DNA of 32,000 bases from Phycisphaera mikurensis NBRC 102666. GTDB taxonomy: Bacteria; Planctomycetota; Phycisphaerae; Phycisphaerales; Phycisphaeraceae. Below the pieces are notes generated by a model. The model saw only the letters and a list, made by a program, of their open reading frames with translations. It was not told the DNA's origin and ran no database searches. Each line of letters starts with the position of its first letter. The stretch's first letter is position 1. This document shows positions 27,062 to 32,000 of the stretch, piece by piece. The DNA is taken from contig NC_017080.1 of assembly GCF_000284115.1 (NCBI RefSeq), positions 1,020,001 through 1,052,000 on the forward strand, in the 5' to 3' direction. A program made the translations under genes and the position numbers.

Positions 27062-28414
27062 ATGCCCCATCCCCCTCGCTACGCCGTCGTCGGCACCGGA
27101 AGCCGCTGCGGCATGTACGTCCGCGCCCTGCTGGGCGACTTCGCCAGCCACGGCACGCTCGTCGCGCTCTGCGACACGAGCCCGACGCGCATGGCGTATT
27201 GGAACGGCGTCGCAAAGGAGGAGTATGGCACCGACCCGATCCCCACGTTCGCCGCCGAACACTTCGAAGCGATGCTCCGCGAGCAGCGGATCGATCGCGT
27301 GATCGTCACCACGGTCGACGCGACGCACGACGGCTACATCTGCGGGGCGATGGAGGCCGGCTGCGACGTCATCACCGAGAAGCCGATGACCACCGACCGG
27401 GAGAAGGTGGAGCGGATCCTGGCGACCCGCGACCGCACCGGGCGGTCGCTGCGGGTGGCGTTCAACTACCGCTACGCCCCGCGGAACTCCAAAGCGAAGG
27501 AGCTGCTGCAGTCCGGCGTCATCGGCGAGGTGCAGAGCGTCCACTTCGAGTGGCTGCTGAACACGACCCACGGCGCCGACTACTTCCGACGCTGGCACCG
27601 CGACAAGGCCAACAGCGGCGGGCTGATGGTTCACAAGGCGACGCACCACTTCGACCTCGTGAACTGGTGGATCGACGGCGTGCCCGAGCGGGTCTTCGGC
27701 GTGGGCGACCTGAAGTTCTACGGCGAGAAGAACGCGGAGCGGCGGGGCGATCGGTACTTCACCGAACGCGGCCGCGAGCACCCCGACCTCGCGTCGGACC
27801 CCTTCGCGCTGGACCTCGCCGGGAATGACGAGCTCAAGGCGCTGTACCTCGACGCCGAGGCGGAGTCGGGCTACCTCCGCGATCGCTCCGTCTTCAGCGA
27901 CCCGATCGGCATCGAGGACGACATGTCGGTGATCGTGCGGTACCGCAGCCGCGCGACGATGACCTACCACCTCACCGCCTACAGCCCGTGGGAGGGCTAC
28001 CGCGTCGCCTTCAACGGCAACCGCGGGCGGATCGAGCTCGAGTGCGTGGAGAAGCCGTACGTGTCCGCCGGCGAGGGCGATCACAACTTCGCACGCAACG
28101 TGCTGGGGAACGCCGAGGCGTACGAGGTGGCCGAGCCGACGACGCTCACGATCCACCGCCACTGGCAGAAGCCGGTCCGCATCGACATGCCCGAGACCAA
28201 CGAGGGCGGCCACGGCGGCGGCGACGCGCTGCTGCTGAAGGACCTCTTCCTGCCCGACCCGCCCGCCGACCCGCTGCACCGCCGGGCCGACCACCTCGCC
28301 GGCGCCGCGGCGGTGCTCGTCGGCGACGCCGCGAACCGAAGCTTCGAGAGCGGGGCGATGGAGGCGATCCCCGCGGCGCTGCTGCCGTCCGCGCCGACCG
28401 CCGCGGCGAGCTGA
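27062..28414 (+). CDS. Gfo/Idh/MocA family NAD(P)-dependent oxidoreductase
   Basis: YAVVGTGSRCGMYVRAL Rossmann start, AMEAGCDVITEKPMTTD (EKP motif), VAFNYRYAPRNSKAKELLQSGVIGEV, SGGLMVHKATHHFDLVNWW. Confidence 0.95.
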   Translation: MPHPPRYAVVGTGSRCGMYVRALLGDFASHGTLVALCDTSPTRMAYWNGVAKEEYGTDPIPTFAAEHFEAMLREQRIDRVIVTTVDATHDGYICGAMEAGCDVITEKPMTTDREKVERILATRDRTGRSLRVAFNYRYAPRNSKAKELLQSGVIGEVQSVHFEWLLNTTHGADYFRRWHRDKANSGGLMVHKATHHFDLVNWWIDGVPERVFGVGDLKFYGEKNAERRGDRYFTERGREHPDLASDPFALDLAGNDELKALYLDAEAESGYLRDRSVFSDPIGIEDDMSVIVRYRSRATMTYHLTAYSPWEGYRVAFNGNRGRIELECVEKPYVSAGEGDHNFARNVLGNAEAYEVAEPTTLTIHRHWQKPVRIDMPETNEGGHGGGDALLLKDLFLPDPPADPLHRRADHLAGAAAVLVGDAANRSFESGAMEAIPAALLPSAPTAAAS

Positions 28415-28473
28415 AGCCTCGGAAGCGCCCGGACGCGCTGGCCCACGCCGGCCGCTGGAGCGGTCGTGCCGCC

Positions 28474-28519
28474 CCGCGGATCGCGACCGTCGTGGGGCGA
28501 AACCGGCCACGGTCCGCGG
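28474..28519. repeat. 46-bp palindromic element (family 1), copy g
   Basis: ccgcggatcg...cggtccgcgg between convergent genes. Confidence 0.8.
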
Positions 28520-28542
28520 CGCGCCACCGGGGGTGGGGGTCC

Positions 28543-29820
28543 CTAGATGTTTCCCGGCCGCGCCGGGGTGACGAACGGGCGGACCATCGGGTTCTCCAAG
28601 CCGACCAACTCGGTGAGCAGCGGGCGGTGCGGCTCGTCGGCGTTCAGGGCGGTCGGATCGGTTTGCGTCTCGAACTCCAGCGGCATCGCGTAGGCGAGAG
28701 CCGACCAGCCCCAGAAGGGGTCGAGGCCCTGGCCGGCGCCGGTCTCGGCGTTGTAGAACTCGCGGGTGGTGGCCTCGTTCAGGGCCATCGCGCACGTGCG
28801 GTAGGCGAGGTCTTCGGCCACGTCGTCGAAGCCGTACCGGCGGAGCCCGTGGAAGACCATGTAGTTGGTCGGGACCCAGGTGGCTCCGAGCCACGTGCAC
28901 TCGTGGCCGCGACGCATCTGGTAATGGTCGGGCTCTTGCTTGCTCCAGGTGGCGACGGGGTGCGGCAGCCAGAAGCGCTCCGGGTCGGTGAGGTGCTCGC
29001 GCACGAGACGCCCGGCCCGCTCCGGCGTGGCGGTGCCGTCCCAGAGCGGCAGGAACCCGGCGACGGTGAAGACCCGCTGCAGCGCTTGCGTCCGCTCGTG
29101 GCGGTCGAGGTAGAAGCCGGCTTCCTCGTCCCAGAGCAGCTCGTTGATGAGCCGGCGACGCTCGGTGGCCGCGGCCCGGAAAATCTCGGCCTCGCCGGCC
29201 TCGCCCAGCCGGTCGGCGAGCAGCGCGAGGGCGTCGTGCTCGCGGGCGATGTAGACGTTGAGGTCGACGCCCTCGACCGTGTCGCTGTGGTACTCACCGG
29301 CCCGCCGGTTCTGGTTGTCCATGCCCGAGTGGTCGGCGGAGTCCCAAACCGACAGCCCGTTGCGGTCGTGGTCGCGGAACCACACCCAGTGGTCGACGTA
29401 CTTCACCAGCCGCTCCCAGTAGCGGCCGCGGAGCCAGTTCGGGTCGACGCCCTGCCGCACGCCCAGCCAAACCATCTGCGCAAGGAAGGGCTTGAAGTGC
29501 TGCCGCAGCCGCGGCAGGCCCAGCGAGCGGGAGACGAAGCCGTTCTCCAGCTGCTGGTCGAGGAACGCCTCGGTTGTGGAGCGGCAGAACCGCGGCTCGT
29601 GCAGGTGGCTGAGGTAGCAGTTCTCGAAGTACGCGTCCCAGTCGTAGAAGACGTCGTAGCTGTAGCCATTGAGCAGGTCGCGGCGGCTGTCGAAGCTGCG
29701 GACGGCGCGGGTGTGCAGGTGGTGGTGCAGCTCTTCGAGGCGGCCGGCGAGCCGTCGGGCGGGGTCGTGGCCGGGCAGCAGCGGCGCGAGCTTCTCGTGG
29801 ACGGTGTCGAGGGCGGTCAT
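28543..29820 (-). CDS. Trehalase/GH63-like glycoside hydrolase
   Basis: NGYSYDVFYDWDAYFENCYLSHLHEPRF; DHDRNGLSVWDSADHSGMDNQNRR; HECTWLGATWVPTNYMVFHGLRRYGFDDVAEDLAYRT; TTREFYNAETGAGQGLDPFWGWSALAYAMP. Confidence 0.85.
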   Translation of the reverse strand: MTALDTVHEKLAPLLPGHDPARRLAGRLEELHHHLHTRAVRSFDSRRDLLNGYSYDVFYDWDAYFENCYLSHLHEPRFCRSTTEAFLDQQLENGFVSRSLGLPRLRQHFKPFLAQMVWLGVRQGVDPNWLRGRYWERLVKYVDHWVWFRDHDRNGLSVWDSADHSGMDNQNRRAGEYHSDTVEGVDLNVYIAREHDALALLADRLGEAGEAEIFRAAATERRRLINELLWDEEAGFYLDRHERTQALQRVFTVAGFLPLWDGTATPERAGRLVREHLTDPERFWLPHPVATWSKQEPDHYQMRRGHECTWLGATWVPTNYMVFHGLRRYGFDDVAEDLAYRTCAMALNEATTREFYNAETGAGQGLDPFWGWSALAYAMPLEFETQTDPTALNADEPHRPLLTELVGLENPMVRPFVTPARPGNI

Positions 29821-30947
29821 GGGCGGGAGGGGCCGGGCGGAGATCGAGACCAGGGTGCGGGCAGCGCCACGTCGAGCAGCACCGGCTGCTCGTGGCGGGC
29901 GTCGTCGGGGTCGTCGGTGAAGCAGCCGTTGAGCTGCGTGAAGAGCCGGGTGCCGTCGGGGCTCACCACGGCGGTGTATGCGCCGACGGCGGCGTAGCCG
30001 TGGTGCTCGTGCAGCCACGGGCCCAGGAAGGCGAGCACGGTGCGGGTGCCCCCGGCCAGGTCGTAGCGCACGAGCGGGACGCCGTACGCGCGGCCGGTCC
30101 AGGTGGAGTCGACGACGTCGTGGAGCCAGCGGCCGGTCGGGTCCAGCGGCAGGTCGGTGATCCAGGCCCCGTCGTTCCAGGCGGGGCCGACCTCGCGGAG
30201 CCGAAGCGGCTCGAACCCGAGCGCGTAGAGCGTCCCGCGGCGGGTGACCAGGATCAGCTCGCCGTCGGCGCTGAGCCCCCGCGTCGCGGCGCGGACCGGG
30301 CCATCGAGGGTGAGCCCGGTGTCTCGGAGCCGGTCCGCGGGCGTTGCGTCCGCGGCGGTGTTCACCTCCAACAGCCGCGACGGGCTCGGCGGCGTGCTGG
30401 TGAAGAAGCGTCCGCTTCGAGGCTCGAGCACGAGGCTCCGCCGCTCGGGCCGCAGCGGGCCGGGGGGCAGCCCCGCGCGCAGCGCGCGGCGGGCGTCGCT
30501 GTCGTACACGAGGAGGCTGCCGAAGCTGTGCTGGTCGTCGTCGCCGTCCCAGGCGGCGCCAGAGGGCACCCCGTCGGCGGGGAGCGCCGGGTTCTCGTAG
30601 AGCCCGCACTCCCCGATGGCCACGAGCACGCCGCGCTCCGCGTCCCACCGCTGCATCGGCCAGCTGTCGCCGGCGAAGGGGATCCCGAGGTGCTCGCTCT
30701 TGCCGGTGAGCACGTTGTTGCGGAAGAGCCGCCCGCCCCGGTCCCGCTTCGCCGGGTGGTCGCCGTAGAACGACAGGAGGAAGGTTTCGCCGCCGGCGGC
30801 GACGTCGATGCCAGTGTGCTGCTTCCCGCCGCCGTCGCCGGCCAGCGCCGGTGCGGCACCGTGAGCGAGCAGGAGCGGGAGACTGGACAGGGAACCAGGC
30901 AAGGAAAGAGCGAACCGAGGGAGAAGAGCGACTTGACGGTTCCGCAT
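29817..30947 (-). CDS. Secreted hypothetical protein, probably beta-propeller-like
   Basis: Long ORF with signal-like N-terminus and repeated blade-like segments (SFGSLLVYDSDARR, TYTAVVSPDGTRLFTQ-like); 4-bp ATGA overlap with the downstream GH gene supports it as real. Confidence 0.65.
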   Translation of the reverse strand: MRNRQVALLPRFALSLPGSLSSLPLLLAHGAAPALAGDGGGKQHTGIDVAAGGETFLLSFYGDHPAKRDRGGRLFRNNVLTGKSEHLGIPFAGDSWPMQRWDAERGVLVAIGECGLYENPALPADGVPSGAAWDGDDDQHSFGSLLVYDSDARRALRAGLPPGPLRPERRSLVLEPRSGRFFTSTPPSPSRLLEVNTAADATPADRLRDTGLTLDGPVRAATRGLSADGELILVTRRGTLYALGFEPLRLREVGPAWNDGAWITDLPLDPTGRWLHDVVDSTWTGRAYGVPLVRYDLAGGTRTVLAFLGPWLHEHHGYAAVGAYTAVVSPDGTRLFTQLNGCFTDDPDDARHEQPVLLDVALPAPWSRSPPGPSRP

Positions 30948-30970
30948 GACTGTACCTAAAGTTTCACCCT

Positions 30971-31774
30971 ATGGAAGTCGACGCGCTGGCCCATCTGACT
31001 CGGAGTGACGCCGAGGGCCCGCTCGCTCGCCGGATCGCGCTGGTGACCGGCGGCGGGTCGGGCATCGGCCTGGCGGTGGCGCGGCGGCTGCACGCGGCGG
31101 GTGCGGCCGTGCTGGTGGCCGATCGCGACGCGGAGGCGGGCGCGGCGGCCGCCGCGTCTCTTGGGAGCCGTGCGGCCTCCAGGAGCCTCGACGTCTCGGA
31201 TCCGGAGGCGGTCTTCGCGCTCGCCGCGGAGCTCGACGCGGCGGGCGTCGCCGTCGGCGTGCTCGTGAACAACGCGGGGATCGGCCGCGTCGGCACGCTC
31301 GACGAGGCGACCGCGGACGACCTCGACGCGATGCACGCGGTGAACGTCCGCGGCGTCTTCAACGGGTGCAAGGCCTTCGTCCCGGCGATGCGGGAGCGGG
31401 GCGGCGGGGCGGTGGTCAACCTCGCGTCGGTCGGCGGAGTCGTGGGCATCCGCGACCGGCTGGCGTACTGCGCCAGCAAGTTCGCCGTGGTGGGGATGAC
31501 CAAGGCGATGGCGCTCGACGAGGCCGACTCGGGCGTCCGCGTCAACTGCGTCTGCCCCGGCCGCGTCGCGACGCCCTTCGTCGAGCGTCGCCTCGCCGAG
31601 TACGACGACCCCGAAGCGGCCCGGGCGGAGATGTCCGCGACGCAGGCGGTGCTGCGGATGGGCCAACCCGAGGAGATCGCCGAGGCGGTGCTCTGGCTCG
31701 CCTCCGACGCCTCGTCCTTTGTCACCGGCTCGGCGCTGATGATCGACGGGGGTTGGAGCGCCGGCCGCTCCTGA
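30971..31774 (+). CDS. Short-chain dehydrogenase/reductase (SDR)
   Basis: ALVTGGGSGIGLAVARRL, NNAGIGRVG, LAYCASKFAVVGMTKAMALDEADSGVRVNCVCPGRVATPF, SFVTGSALMIDGGWSAG. Confidence 0.96.
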   Translation: MEVDALAHLTRSDAEGPLARRIALVTGGGSGIGLAVARRLHAAGAAVLVADRDAEAGAAAAASLGSRAASRSLDVSDPEAVFALAAELDAAGVAVGVLVNNAGIGRVGTLDEATADDLDAMHAVNVRGVFNGCKAFVPAMRERGGGAVVNLASVGGVVGIRDRLAYCASKFAVVGMTKAMALDEADSGVRVNCVCPGRVATPFVERRLAEYDDPEAARAEMSATQAVLRMGQPEEIAEAVLWLASDASSFVTGSALMIDGGWSAGRS

Positions 31775-31776
31775 AT

Positions 31777-31822
31777 CCGCGGACCGCGGGCCCGGACGCC
31801 GCAAACGCTCGACGGTCCGCGG
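31777..31822. repeat. 46-bp palindromic element (family 1), copy h
   Basis: ccgcggaccgcgggcccggacgccgcaaacgctcgacggtccgcgg, begins 2 nt after the SDR stop codon. Confidence 0.85.
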
Positions 31823-31855
31823 CGTCGGCCCCGGGCCGCTGCTACCTTCCGGATC

Positions 31856-32000
31856 ATGGAATCCACGGTCCTCGTCAAAGCCTTCGGCATCCTGGAGACG
31901 CTCGCCCACGAGCAGAAGGCGATGTCGCTGGCGGAGCTGACCGAGGTGCTCTCGCTCAACAAGCCGACGATCCACCGGATCCTGCAGGACCTCATCGGCC
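31856..32000 (+). CDS. IclR-family transcriptional regulator, N-terminal HTH (partial, runs off the window end)
   Basis: MESTVLVKAFGILETLAHEQKAMSLAELTEVLSLNKPTIHRILQDLIG. Confidence 0.85.
   Translation, partial: MESTVLVKAFGILETLAHEQKAMSLAELTEVLSLNKPTIHRILQDLIG

Noticed and set aside
27988-29997. 669-aa plus-strand ORF
   Set aside because: Overlaps the Gfo/Idh gene end and is antisense to the strongly supported trehalase/GH63-like gene.

Overview
High-GC (planctomycete/Phycisphaerae-like, by inference) chromosomal segment with a carbohydrate-utilisation neighbourhood. Supported genes in order: AraC-type regulator (partial, -), phytanoyl-CoA dioxygenase family (+), M81/MlrC-like metallopeptidase (+), large secreted CBM9-like/glycoside-hydrolase-like protein (-), fused ABC sugar-binding protein + MalF-type permease (+), MalG-type permease with a very large insert (+), GH42-like secreted protein (+), EamA/DMT transporter (+), class I/II aminotransferase (-), second phytanoyl-CoA dioxygenase family protein (-) divergent from a second AraC regulator (+), REP-associated (Y1/HUH) transposase (+), second large secreted glycoside-hydrolase-like protein with a chitobiase-C-like tail (+), two GH63/trehalase-like proteins (-), Gfo/Idh/MocA oxidoreductase (+), secreted hypothetical (-), SDR oxidoreductase (+) and an IclR-type regulator (partial, +). 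The most striking non-coding content is three families of miniature palindromic elements: (1) a 46-bp element bounded by CCGCGGACCG...CGGTCCGCGG, eight copies all of the same length; (2) a 106-bp/76-bp element bounded by GGTGCCACGCC...GGCGTGGCACC, six copies plus fragments; (3) GTAG + GGCAGGTCGSCGACCTGCC REP hairpins flanking the RAYT-type transposase inside a perfect 59-bp direct repeat. There is also a ~586-bp-period tandem duplication that copied the facing 3' ends of two convergent genes, with a family-2 element exactly at its junction. No defence system, CRISPR array, tRNA or rRNA was recognised.
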